Assembly: GCF_037042905.1 (NCBI RefSeq)
Contig: NC_087245.1
Location: 4,032,001 to 4,092,000 of the forward strand
Reading direction: 5' to 3'
Length of the DNA stretch: 60,000 nucleotides
DNA from: Lytechinus pictus
Lineage: Eukaryota
Part shown: piece after piece, positions 13,737-26,645 of the stretch
How positions within the stretch are numbered: position 1 is the stretch's first letter
Layout of the letters: every line of letters starts with the position of its first letter
Made by a program: the position numbers and the translations under genes
Notes under the pieces: model-generated
Told to the model about the DNA's origin: nothing
Seen by the model: the letters and a program-made list of their open reading frames with translations, nothing else
The model's database searches: none

Positions 13737-16700
13737 TTAAGTCCAGGTATAGGCTTGTATCCGAAGGGGAGCAGACAAGGCCTCACCAAATTATTTTTGC
13801 TGAGGTACATGGGTTTATTTCTAGAATAATAATTATTGGTTTTGTTTTCAGAGGTTGATCTTTTTTTTTAGTACATCCCTCACGTCAGGGAAGATGACAC
13901 ATAAACCACTGATGGCGCTAGAAACATCCTGCTTTGTTTGAATCCCCCCCCCCCCTCCCCTTCCCAATCAACCTTCCCAAACATGTCTAATTGAGCTTGA
14001 TTTTAGTGACCAGTAATGGTTACCCCCACCCCTCTCTGTAAAATAAAGGTTTAATCCTTTCTATTTGCAACAATGATGAAGAGCTCTAAATTGCATGGTC
14101 CCTTTTCATTTTTTTCCTTATTTTATATTGATTTCTGTACCATTTTTTTATCAATTTGAAATAGATCTTTTATTCTGAGAATGTTGACTATATTCCCAAT
14201 ATCTTATCAAAATAGATGATGATACAGATGCAAAAAAGTACAAATAGGCCTATATTGTACTTGGTTTATTCACTCTTATCGGAGTGTGCTAAGCGTTTCC
14301 TATCAAGCAAACTTTGCTGAAACATGAAAGAGTATAACTTTACAATAGGGTTGTTATATTAACCGACTTATACTCACACTCGCTGATACTTAGTTAGGCT
14401 TTCTAAAAGGATTAAAAGATTGATATCCAAATAAGTATACAAAATAGTTTGTTCACGAAACGGTAACCATTCTCCATTTCATACCTACACTACATGCACT
14501 ACAGTGCTCTTGGTAGACAGACTGGGAATAACTTCTATGTCACCCCTTACCTAGACCCTGTGAACCTAGCATAGTCTACCCCTAGATAGAAACCATGGAA
14601 TGACAAACCTGTTAAATGATTTCCAAATGTCTGCTCTGTCATTCTCTATTCTCTTGCTCCATATTGACAGAGGGTGACAAAGGTGTGATCACACAGCATC
14701 TCTAGTCTATTCACCCAGCTGTGCTCTGGTCCCCTATTTGACTCAACTCAGACATGTTCTTTACAAGAGCAAGAAAGAAAAAAAATAAGGGGGAAAATAG
14801 CAGGGGGAGTGGGGGGGCATAATGAGAACCATATTATGGGGCAGTTGCTTCTTTATGATTGTCTGTAGGGAAAATGCATTAAAAAGGAATAGGGAGACCA
14901 AATTAGAACCATCATGTGGGGATAATTTTAGAGGGCAGTTATTTATCCACCTCACCTAAAGTCATGTGTTGTTGTTTAGCAAGTCTCTCTACCTGTGATG
15001 ACATTACATCTCAATTTAAAGCCAGTGTTAAAGGGGGTTTTATGAGGGTAGTCCCATGAACTCTTCAAAAGGAAATTAAGATTAAAACTTGTTTTAAGTT
15101 GTAAAGCCTGTAATTTATACAAACAAAATTGTGGTCCATTTTCCTTTTTATTGTTGACTTGACACTATGTGTAGTTTAAGGTGTTAAATTTATTTTAAAA
15201 TCATTTTAATATTTGGTTGCTTCTCCAGGTACCATCTTCTCTGTTGAACAAAGGTGAATGATTTTTCTTTTTACATCGTAGCGATTACATAACTTTGCAA
15301 TTATCTCTTGAGATGCAAACACAAAAGACAAGACTTTATTTGCTCTGATGTGAATCACTGTAATCTAGATTAAATATAGAGAGCGAGATACAAAGGATAG
15401 GTCGTTTTCATGGCTACAACATGTTGTAAAATATTCTCTCTTAATCTGTGTGAGACCATTTGATAGATATCATTAGAACCTATTTTACTTGTGGAATTCT
15501 ATTAATTGACCTAAAGTAATTCTAGCAATCCATCATGATTTGTTTGTATCGTGTTCTGACTGGATTTGACAGAATTGTATCAGGATTACAAAGGTGCCAC
15601 ATCTTGATAGAGAAGTGAATTACCATAACCTTGATATATAGCCTAATGTGTCCATGTCAATCCAGTCTTAGAAATTCAGTCATGTCTTTTTCTTTCTTTG
15701 TGATGAGCCGAAGATTGCCATTCAGTCAGAAGAGATAATTGAAGGATAAAAGAGGACAATACAGGGATTGATTAACAATGCTGGAAAGAATTATCGACTG
15801 AGGCACATTTCACAATCCAGTCACTTGCCAACTAATTCAGTCAAAATGCTCTGCTCTCTATTAGAAAGGAACTCTGTGGATATGTATTTTTGGAACATGA
15901 GCAATGTTTGCCCGGAACTTGTGAAAAAATGTGAATATTTACAGATTAAACATTCTTGCTGAAATGTCATCTTTGAAAGGAAATATTGATGTTTTTGAAG
16001 GTTCTTACTGAACGTTCATCTAAAGACATTTGGAATTTTGTTATTAAGGAGAATCAACAAAGGTATGTTATGCTATTTACTTTTCTTTCTTTTGAGTATA
16101 TGGCAGACTTCTGTGCTGAGGTCAGAGACAAATGAAGCATGTATTGCACATATCTTACTGATTAGTTTGTCAATATTTTGAAATTAAATCATTTTGAGTT
16201 TCATTAACTGGTAGATAAGGCTCCGATATGCCTTTGGAGTGAGAAAGAAAATATAATATGATATGCAAACTTTTGATGATTAAGTAAATATTGCAATTGA
16301 TTGTAATCAGGGAGTAAATTATATTGCAATAAAAAAAAGACTTTGACCTGAGTTGATATTGGAGGACTTCGCAATGCATAATTAAAATGTTGCTGTGCTC
16401 AATTGTATCATTCCAATTGAAGTAAGAGGTCTTAGAGGGAAATATTAAATCTTCATATTTCATTCTCTTTAGTCTTTACATTATGTGGGTGAGTTTCTAA
16501 ATAATATGTCAAATTCTCCTTGTAATATATATATTCTAGTGTAGTTAATTTTGATTTTTACTGCACTCTGTTGTGTGGAAGCAAATGATTTATCTTTGGA
16601 AAAGGAATTAAATGGTTGACCTGCTAAAGTAGTCAGTGCTTTCAGAGTAAGCAAACTGGAAAATTAAATGATATTCCAAGGATGCAATTAGAAGTCTTGG

Positions 16701-19700
16701 AAAAACATCCTTTGTCACAAACAGCTGACCATTAGCTAATGACAAGGAATGCTTATAAATGCTAACTAAAAAGAGTTTTGTACTAGACACAAACAACATT
16801 TCTTAAGGCACTCTAAAGCACAAACAGGATGTACTGCTAAAATAAAGTTCTTTTAATTTGTCTTCTTTATTTCTTTGTTCCATTTCCTTTTTTGCTACAC
16901 ACTTGTAGTTGAGATGAAATTTGTACATTGTTTTTGAATTGCCAAGGAAAACACAAATTTGAATTCTTGTAAAATTCAGTACCTTGTTAACACAAATTTG
17001 ACGAAAAAAATCTTTAGAACACTACATTTATTTATGAAAATGACATGACCTGGATTTGGGGAATGACTGCATTATTCTTTGTGTGCGGGGAAAGTAGATC
17101 TACCTGAGGGTATAAAAACATATTGTTGGTATAAAGAAACAGCAACTTCAAAGCTATCATGCTACAATATCACCCAAAAAAAATTATTGTCAAGGTAATT
17201 TAATCTTTGTAAAAGAGAAAAGTGCCCTTTGCCATATGAAAATATGACTTCTTACTGCTGGTTTGTTGGAAAGTTTATCCGATTTGTTTCTTTTCGTTTA
17301 TGGTATAGCCCCAGGTCAGAGATTATTCTTTTCTTACACTTAGTCTTGCAGCAAATCCACAGACAGCTAACCAAATCTTAGGCTTACAGAGAACTAAAAT
17401 AGAGCCAAGTAAGATTTGTAGTGTTAAGATGATTATAATAATACTTCTTTGGCTGAAAAAGAGAGGGGGAGAAGGAAGGAGAAGATGAAATGAAAGAACC
17501 AAATTTAAAACATGCACAAATCCAGAGTGGGAGTAGATGAACTGTTTTCAATGTCTGCAGTTTCTGCTGAACAAGTGTTCAAGATAGGAAATTTACTGTA
17601 TTGAGGAGTGACTTTCATGAAATCATCTTTGGATTTTAATACATTATTCAGTCATTTGTGTTTCTTGTTTGGCAGATATCAGGCTTGCAGGTAAGATTCA
17701 TGGATTTTTAAAAAGATTCTGTTAAGGCAATTTTTCTGTGCCATATTTTCAAGCTTCATGTAGCTTTTGTATGCCTTGAGAATCCTTAGCAGTGTGATCA
17801 AGGTCTCTCTGGATAGAAGCAGTGTGACAAAGGGGGGGGGGGGGTTTTGTTCTGAAACTATTTTGGTCTTGATGCAAACACAAAGTACAATAGAATTTAG
17901 TATCAATAAATCTGATATAAATCAATCTTGTACATGTAGGTGATTCCATCCAATTCATGTTGAGAACACGAAATGGATGGCTGATTTGATGACAAAATTC
18001 ATTCAAATAATAGAATAAGTAACTCTGAAAATTTTTTATTGCAAGCTATATATTGTTTGGTAAACTTGAATAATCTACATAAATATTGCATACTGTTTTA
18101 TTATAGTAGATTCTATTAAAATTTGTTTCGGCTTGTCAAGACCAAAATTGCATAAATTCGGCAGCTGGTCCAAACTGTAATGAGGATGTGTAATGAAGAA
18201 ATGGCATGTTCAGATGCATAGGCCTCTGTAACCTGTAATCTGGTATCTTAATTAAATGCCCTGTTATCTCCATACATGTAATTAGGAATGGGCCTGTGTC
18301 CATGTATCAAAGCATGGTGATTAGAACTCAATCACTGAGCTGTAAATCTGGATCCAATAAAAGCCTCATTTGCATAACACACACATGCTAATGATGTAGA
18401 AAGCATTGCTGAAAATGAATCCCTATCTTTGGCAACATATTCTCTGGTTTGGCTTATTAAGGGGTAATCAATGAAAGAGGTGATTTGCTTTTAGGACACG
18501 TTTCAATTCTGCCTTTTCCTGTAAAAAAAAACATAATCAGTTGGCAGCTGGGTTTGCTAAAATCTATCCCAGTAATCCAGAGTTTAAACAAGCTTTTAAA
18601 CAAGAGATTGGACTGCATTAGTGCTGGCTGAATTCGTGTACAGGGTTACAGCAGAACTACATCCAACATATAGTACTATTGGAAAATAACCTCATTTGTC
18701 AGTGGACATCCGCAGTTGCCATTCTACTTCAGACACAGAAGACACCAGCTTTGTTTTGTTTTTCATTAAGGATGTTTTAATGATGTTTTACGCTGATATG
18801 TGTTGGGATATGTAAGCACAGGACTTGCATTGATTTGTTTGTGTTATTGGAGACCACTGATTTGGTCTTCTAATGTTGGACTTCATCACTTGGATGTACA
18901 TGGTATCTTGGAGGTAAAATATTTTTCATGATATATGGGGGAATAACTCAGAGATTTATGTTTCGCTCTGTAAGAGTTGAATTATTGTTGTTTTCTTTAA
19001 AGTGGTATTTCAGCTGATTTTATTATTCATTTGATGGTGAAAGGTGATATGTATGCAGGCCTCAAAACAGTTTAAATCTAAAGCTTTTGCAAAAGCCAGT
19101 TTTTTGGACTCTGGTCATATCCAAACATGATCTTGTCAGTGTACTACTGTCATCAATAGAACCAGAGGATTTAAAATAATTAACTGGATGATAATTCATA
19201 GAATTTATGACAAGTCAATATCATAATGCCTTTGCTTCTGTTTGAGTCTGAAATTAGATTTGTTATGCTAGTAATTGAATTCAAAATTATTTATCTGAAG
19301 CAAAACAAAATGTTCTTGGAAAAAAAACTTTTTAGAAAATAGGTCTTGACTATAAAACAATGCAATCTGTGATAATTTTTCTTAATGTAATTAAAGTTTA
19401 TAAGTTATACTGTGAAATTCAGTTAATCTCATGCATGCAGAATACTCGATGATAACCCAAATAACAACACATAGCTCTTGGCACTGTGAAAGATTTAAAT
19501 CTAATTTTACAATTTTCTGTAAATCTGCCCTTTCATGACTGTCTATCTCTTGGCAAGCCTTTACAGAATTGATTTACTGAGTACCCTAATTTCAAATAGA
19601 TTCAGTTTTAGATAATCAACTTTTCATGATGTGAGATAGTGAGACTTTAACCCATTATGGATTAAAGTTACCCAAGAATTCAATTTTTACAGTTTTCACA

Positions 19701-19710
19701 GCAATTACTG

Positions 19711-19915
19711 TTCAATTCAAAGTTTTATTAAATTCCAGTAAAAAAAAATCAATACTAAGTATAGAATAGAGTAATAGCAAATACATTGTACAACAATAAG
19801 GCAAGAAAATGTAAGACAAAACAAGAGAATAAACAGATACAAATGACAATAAAAAGATTATTGGAGCTGGGTGGTCATAAACACCTATGAAGGTTTGTCA
19901 AAATAACCACCCTTA
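19711..19915 (-). mobile_element. Possible degenerate 3' end of a LINE (L2/CR1 group)
   Basis: On the minus strand, AATAAA is followed by a (TTGAA)n-like tail and preceded by T-rich UTR-like sequence. Confidence 0.35.
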
Positions 19916-20670
19916 TATCAATAAAATAAGTCAGATTAAAATTACAAATGTGATCTTTTCCACCAATTTTGAAGATTAAATCAAATGATTATAGATTAAT
20001 CACTTTTGATTATGAGAGAGAATAACTTATTTGCTCGTATTTCATCGCATTGTATTCTTTGATGGCCAAATGAAAAATGGATTTAATGTCATGTTGACTA
20101 GTCTGACCTTTACTCAAACTGAAATGAAGTAAAACACACAAAAACATGCCCTTTTCAAATTTGTTGAACTAGTTCACATTTTATCACTTGTATGTTAACT
20201 GATTCTCATGGGTTATTAGTTCTAAAGGTATGTTAAGACGCAGAGGTTTGGTCTGGTATTAATGGAGTTCAGTTCCTTCCTTTTTTGATCAAATCAAAGA
20301 TATTGAGTGAAGAACATCAATTAAAATCACCTTCAGATCAAATTGATCATGACTCGGGACTTCTGTATGGCTGGTTATAAGAAACAGAAATTCAACATTT
20401 TCAATCTCTGACTTACTGAATGACCTCTGGTTTTGAAATAAACGCCCAATCCCTGGATGTAATTGACATCATACATGAAATTACATTTTCAGAATGATTG
20501 AATGTCGGTTTCAAAACCCCTTCATATCTAGATTCATGTGGTTATAATGAATTTGAGATAAAGCATTAAAAAGGTTGATTGTGAAACTGTACACCCCTAC
20601 ATTTTTAGTCAAATAATGCCTGTGATGATCGCATGTTCACAAAGTTTGTAGGTGTGGTGCAGTTCTGTGT

Positions 20671-20941
20671 AGAGGTGTTGTGGCTCAGTGGATAAGCCTC
20701 CAGACTTTGAACCACAAGGTCTGGGGTTCAAATTCCACCGCAGCATTGGCAAGGCGTTTATCTACATTAGCAACTCTCCACCAAGGTGTAGCAAATGGGT
20801 CTGGTAGGAAGAAATTACTTAAATGCTAAAGCATCCGATCAGGATAGCCATGCTCAAGCTGGGGTAATAGTATGCAGTGCTTAGAAACATTTGTATGAAT
20901 TAAGCGCTTGATAATTGTTGAATATTATTATTATTATTATT
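20671..20941 (+). mobile_element. tRNA-derived SINE
   Basis: A box TGGCTCAGTGG, B box GGTTCAAATTCC, non-tRNA body (ggcaaggcgtttatctac...ctctccaccaaggtgt), (ATT)n tail. Confidence 0.85.
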
Positions 20942-21558
20942 CCCTAATTAGCAAGTAATCAATAACTACAAAGTCATTGTATATGTACTCTCTAAATGCA
21001 AAATAGCTATTCTAGTCCCTAATCACATGCACTCCTCAAGCAATTTCAGGGACTAATCCCTGTTAACGTTGTTAACAATTCTTTTCAGAGCTAACATACA
21101 ATCAAGAAAGAATAACAAACAGTCCTTTTCAGGACTACATACTTGGTGTTTACTGTAAAAAAAAACCTCCATTAATCCCTTTCAGGTGAACTGTACATTC
21201 TTATATAGTGCATTACAGCTCCTTCTGGAGTGAACTGATAATCTTTTTTGACACTTCACTCTCAAAATATTAAAATCTCACCCCCTAAGGACTGTCCCTC
21301 GTCTCATTCCAAGAGGAATGTTATTAAGGACTAGATTAATTCTTTTGCATTTGGAGATCAACAAATATCTCTTTGGCATGCCTATATTCTAAACTGAAAA
21401 TGAAATATCTAACTACCTTAAGCATTTTAGTTCTCTTGCACTGTGGGATCAAGCATGCCTCAATTTCCAAGCCGGTTATGACATTGGGGCAAGATTGTAC
21501 ACCTTTTTTTTCTTGGGCTTCATGAAGACTATATCTATGTATAAAAGATATCAAATCA

Positions 21559-21788
21559 CACTGTTAAAAATAATTCAATCAATGCTGTTAACTATGTGAA
21601 TCGCACAGTAGTTTAAACAGTTTTAAAAAGTGTTTAAATTCTTAAACAACTATGCTTAAATCATTGATAATAAAATGTTTGAATTTAAACTTTGTTGTTT
21701 AAGATGTTAAGCACTTGTTTAAAATGTTTAAACAACTACTGTGCAATTCACATAGTAAACAGCGTTGTTTAAATTATTTTTAACAGTG
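21559..21788. mobile_element. Palindromic MITE with CACTG termini (CACTA/EnSpm-like)
   Basis: CACTGTTAAAAATAAT ... ATTATTTTTAACAGTG; imperfect arms of about 90 bp; 2-bp direct repeat CA on both sides. Confidence 0.85.
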
Positions 21789-21894
21789 CACAACTATCAA
21801 TTGATTTTTGTATTTGAAATGATTGTGTTTGTAATCACAAGTAAATGATTTGACAATTCTCTTCTGTCTCTTATATTTTCTTTGATGCACACAG

Positions 21895-21933
21895 GTTGCC
21901 AACCAAGTTGTTCAGGCACTGCTCATGCAGAAG
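21895..21933 (+). CDS. NCKAP5: NCKAP5-family exon 3, 39-nt micro-exon (VANQVVQALLMQK)
   Basis: Acceptor gcacacag|GTT; donor AAG|gtatgt; phase 0/0. It continues the family motif VANQVVQALLxQK and is absent from the ORF track. Confidence 0.93.
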
Positions 21934-22134
21934 GTATGTATGAATTCAATGATGGGGAGGTATGGCTCAGGACAAACTGAAGGGTGTTTGGGTATACAAT
22001 ATCAACAGATCAGGATATCTTAATTACATCATCATCATCATCACAACTAGTATTACCACTTCACCATATCATCATCATCACCATCACTACAGAAAATAAT
22101 TCATGTTATTGTTCAAAACAGACATTAAAAAAAA

Positions 22135-22350
22135 GATATCCTCAGAAAATTCATTTTGCCCAATCGATCATAGGCCTGGCAACCACAGTGTGGCAGCAGA
22201 TGGACGTTGCTCTATCCCTTAAATCGTTGAGCACCAAACAGGGTAGCAGCAACTTTTTTAATGTCTTTTGGTCTGACATGGCTGGGGCTTGAACTCCCGA
22301 CCTCCCGGTTGTGAGACGGACGCTCTACCAACTGAGCCAACACACCGGTG
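22135..22350 (-). mobile_element. tRNA-derived SINE, second family
   Basis: Minus strand reads TGGCTCAGTTGGTAGAGCG...GGGAGTTCAAGCCCC followed by the non-tRNA body gtcagaccaaaagacattaaaaa...gctaccctgtttggtgctcaac. Confidence 0.85.
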
Positions 22351-22429
22351 TTTATCATTATTATTATACTATATTGTTATGTATTACAGTATTTTATAGC
22401 ATATTATATGCTTATATTATTTTAGTATT

Positions 22430-22510
22430 ATATCATTATCATCCTCATCATTGTAATCATCATCATCACTACCATCATCCTCCTCCTCTTCATCACCACC
22501 ATCACCACTA
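22430..22510. repeat. (CAT/CAC)n microsatellite
   Basis: Imperfect trinucleotide run; a similar run lies at 22028-22090. Confidence 0.8.
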
Positions 22511-25502
22511 GACCCCTTCCTACAAGGATTAACCTTACAGGACATTTATTATATTCCTTCACATCTTTCAAGTCTTAACATCAGTTCATTGCCCTCCTAA
22601 TATCACTCACAAGTAGAAACAATTATCCAAACTTTTGAAGTCAATGACAAACATCAATTTCATTGACACCTTCAAAACCAAAGGAACGGAAATAGTGATC
22701 AGTGATTGCCCTCTCTAGTTCAGGTAGCTAGGTGTACGTTCTTCATTTCCTATTCTCTGACTAAGACACGATCAGTAAGTAAGATGAGTCAGATTGGTCA
22801 AGTCCCAGACGTTGAGAGATCCTACCAAGAGTTTTCCAGGATATTCAAAACCAAGATGCGGAAAAACAATTGTTCTTCATAATAAAGAGCCTATGATTAC
22901 ATCGTTGAAGTAAATGATTATTTCAGCTTCAGTATTTTGTCACGATTTGGTAGTTCTGAGATGACTTCAAAATCAGATTTCTCATTCTTAGTAGCCTGTG
23001 CTGAAAACAGCCAGATTACAATATATCAAAAGCAAAATAAAGAGTTGAAAATGTTAGTGACAAACTGGATAGGTATTGGAAGTAGGGAGGAAAGGATGCT
23101 AATATTCTTGTACATCTTTAAGAAATATATAAGCAAAGAGATTTCTTGTCGAAGCCCAGATCCTGCTAATTAGTGTCCTGTCTTCTCACCAAGCTAGGAT
23201 TTCCCTTCAGCTTCTCCACAAATCTTGAAGGAAATTCAATTTTAGAGTGGCATTAATGACCCCATTTCTACTTCATTACAACTGTCTTTCCTGTTAAACC
23301 AGACTCTACATTACCCCTTCCCCTCAAAGTGTCGTAACCCATTATGTGGCCCTCATAGTTCGGAACTCAAGCAGCTGGATGCATATGAACAATAGACTTG
23401 TCTGGCACACATTTCTTGCTCATTAAGATTAGCTTTAATTAATTGGGTTTATACTTAGAAGCTTTGCTACTCACTGATATCTTTTATTGAGGTCTAGAAT
23501 GTTTTCAACTATCATTAGTATCTGAGGTTAAGATCGATGCAGCTGTTTCACTGAATTTCCAGTGAAGTGAAAATGTTTTTAGTTTGCCTAATCATGTTTG
23601 AAGAGTCAATTTTTCTTCAATCCAGCTTACATTTATGATGGAAGATTATTGATGGTTGTTGACTCTTGTGAACATTATTTAAGGTATTTTGGATCATCCA
23701 TGAAGTTTACCCATAACATTTCACTCCCTCTAAAACTATGTTTAGTTTGCCAGTTTGTTTGTATTTTCATGCATTGATAGTAAGATAAGTTATGAAGATA
23801 TGATTTGATAAAGACCAAAGTTTAAATCTATGACATGTTTGAAGAATTATAGTGGATGTTGATCTCTCTTAAAATTTCTGCAGAAGAACATTTGAATCGA
23901 AGTGCTTTCATTGAAATCTTTACCTCGGGGAAGTGAATAAGGGGGAATGAATAGTTATTATTTTCAGTTGTTTGTTAAAATCATCCAAAAGGCATTTAGA
24001 TAACAAGATGAAGCTGAATTTTGCAGTGTCATTGGATTTTGATATGTCTACCTAGCATACACATATGTTATATTTACAATTACCTGATTTTAAGCCACTC
24101 CTGTTAAGTGGATTAAAAATCAGGAGTATTCCGTGATTTGCAAAATTGTTTTCAACTCTTGAAGTTGATATGTATTATAAATAATTTTATGATTAAACTT
24201 ATATTGATGATGCTTATATTGACATATAGGGTCAATAATGGTGATATATGATACAAAGAGCTATAGGTATCTATCATGAAGTCAGCTCTAGTCATCAGAC
24301 ATGTACTGATAGAAACAGATCAAACTAAGCTGTACTTTCCCAACGCTTATATCCAGTTAGTAAACTGTCGTGATAGCTGGCTTGGTAGATTTCTCCTTTG
24401 GTTCATTCAATAATTTTGTTGTTGTTGTATATTAAGTTGAAAGACTCTTCACCAGATAAGTTTTCTGTTGGTAGGAATTATTTTTCATATTGTGTAGTTA
24501 CATTTTCTTTTGCATGTCCCACAGGAAGCTAGTGTAGATTCATTAATATTGAAAGGCTGATGGCAAGACTATGAAACCACCGCTGAATCAGAGTTTGAGT
24601 TACTATTAGAGATAGAGGGAGAGAGGGGGAAGGGATGCATGCAACTATCACTGATCAATCGTGAAGAGGGGGCAACGGGTAAGCAAGGGAGCTCTATAGG
24701 TGATATTTCTAGCCCTGTCTTGTTTCTGGAGGATACATCTCTGAGCGTGCAATGAATGGGAAGCAATAGCGACATCCTGATGGTCTTTAAGAGCCACTTC
24801 AGAAGTTGCCTCATGAGCGAGAAAATAAACTGTATCCTGTGTCTAGTATTCTATGTGCCGTTGGAATTTATTCCATCTGAATTTCAAATGAATCTCAATT
24901 TCCTTTAGAAGGCATGCTCAACTCACAGTATTCTTTGGGTTCTTGATGCATCTTCACCCTGGGAGCTTGCTTACATTATATTGTGATCATTGTAAAAGCA
25001 TCTTCCAGTTTATACTGACTTTGTCATCAGCATCATGAAGTTTTATTGGTAAACAGAATATGACAGCTCCGGAACAACATTTTGACTTTGCTTGACACAG
25101 ACACACATGGAATGGATAAGTTAGGGAACAGTATCTTATCAAGAGTGCCAGTGAATCACCATGATGATTTTATCCAGGGCAAGGAGTTGGTTGGGCTTGG
25201 ATAGTGAAACATTTCAGAACAAGTGTGAAGATAAGAAACACTAAAAAGAATGGGTTAGACCTGGAGATTTCTCTGCAGTTATTGGTTGTGTTTTTCTGCA
25301 AGGTGCTCGATGGTTTGGTAAAAAAAATGTGCTACCAGTCTTCAAGTTCAGAGATGGTCATCTTCTGTTTTTCATAAGTAATACCAGAGCAGTGGCAATG
25401 TGTCTATAGATATGGAATAATGGATATTATTCATGTTCATTGAACTTTGAAAGCATTTTTCTCTTCAGTCAAGAGGGTGGAAGAACTTTGAATTTTTCTA
25501 AG

Positions 25503-25586
25503 ATGGAGGATATTTTCTTTCCTTGGCTAGATCTGATGGTCTATTTCTCTGTCTGCATTGGACTCTGGTATTTCGTGTCACTGCAG
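25503..25586 (+). CDS. Candidate alternative first coding exon B (MEDIFFPWLDLMVYFSVCIGLWYFVSLQ), splicing to exon 4
   Basis: aagATGg start context; upstream in-frame TAG at 25407; donor CAG|gtaatg in phase 0, matching exon 4. Confidence 0.55.
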
Positions 25587-25965
25587 GTAATGTCTAATGT
25601 TGAAATGATATTTTGATATGAATTTGATTATTTCTGTCCTATCTTTGATACTAAAACAATACAACAATGTTTAGATTCATTGAAGTACTTGTAAAAGGAA
25701 TGTTTTGTTCAAAAAAGGGAAATATATTCATTTGTATCTAATTTGTTTTCTGGTATGTTGGCATATTAATGAGGCATTGTTATTTTAGAGAAACCATCAG
25801 GGGTTGAATCAAGTCAATCTATCCAGTATATTTGGTAATACATTCATCCCCAATTACCAAGTCCACCAGAGAAGGTGTAAATTTATCTGTCCTCTGGATG
25901 CTTATTTTGTTTTATTATAAGCCAGGTATATCAAACCATTAATCATAACCATTTTATTAAACAAG

Positions 25966-26645
25966 AATCTTTTTGGCCTCCCTTCATTATGTGAACGCAG
26001 AAAGGATCTCATCTTGAGTTTTGGACTTGGTCTTCTCAAATCTCACCGCCATCGAGACATGTTACCCCCCACACGTCAATCTGTTTCGCGACACAGTTCA
26101 GCCCTGCGTAACGCGCATCTTCTGGACTTACCGCGATGCAGAACTCAGAGATATAAGAACTCAACTATCCCTCATGTCACAGCATTATTGAATGCTGCTC
26201 TGTGATATGTGCCACTGTATATGCCATTGAAGTCAATGTCAACCCTTGTTCATGTTCGTATATAATTTGTGTGTAAAAGTATGACATTGTTTTCTTCCCT
26301 TCACCCTTCACCTCCTTTTTCATAACTTACAAAAGTCCCCCCCCCCTCAGTTTACATTGAAATCAATCAACATAATACATATCCCAATATTTTTGTGTGT
26401 TTTTATCGGTCATTCTATTTTCTCTTTATATAGCATTATCCCCTTAATCATATTTCTGTAATGTGTAGAACCTCGAGTGCAATATTTAATCTTACTATTA
26501 TGTTCTTATTATATTTTGTTAATTCGTAGGTATATAATTTAATGTATTTTTCCTTTTTTTCTGTTAACTTTGTATGTGTCAGTCTTCGGACTGTTTTACA
26601 ATGTCTTTCATAATAAACCGAATTGAATTGAATTGAAAAAAAAAA
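25966..26645 (+). mobile_element. 5'-truncated non-LTR retrotransposon (L2/CR1 group): ORF2 C-terminus plus 3' UTR
   Basis: Frame GLPSLCERRKDLILSFGLGLLKSHRHRDMLPP...PRCRTQRYKNSTIPHVTALLN* resembles L2/CR1-group ORF2 C-termini; ends in AATAAA-(GAATT)3-poly(A). Confidence 0.85.

Noticed and set aside
15989..16062. ATG-to-donor mini-exon (MFLKVLTERSSKDIWNFVIKENQQ, AG|gtatgt)
   Set aside because: The donor is phase 2 while exon 3 needs phase 0, and the phase-0 frame has a TAA at 16045. A non-coding first exon cannot be excluded.
18797..18913. Hydrophobic frame ending GAG|gtaaaa
   Set aside because: The phase-0 frame has no ATG after the upstream TGA, and the ATG-bearing frame is phase 2, incompatible with exon 3.
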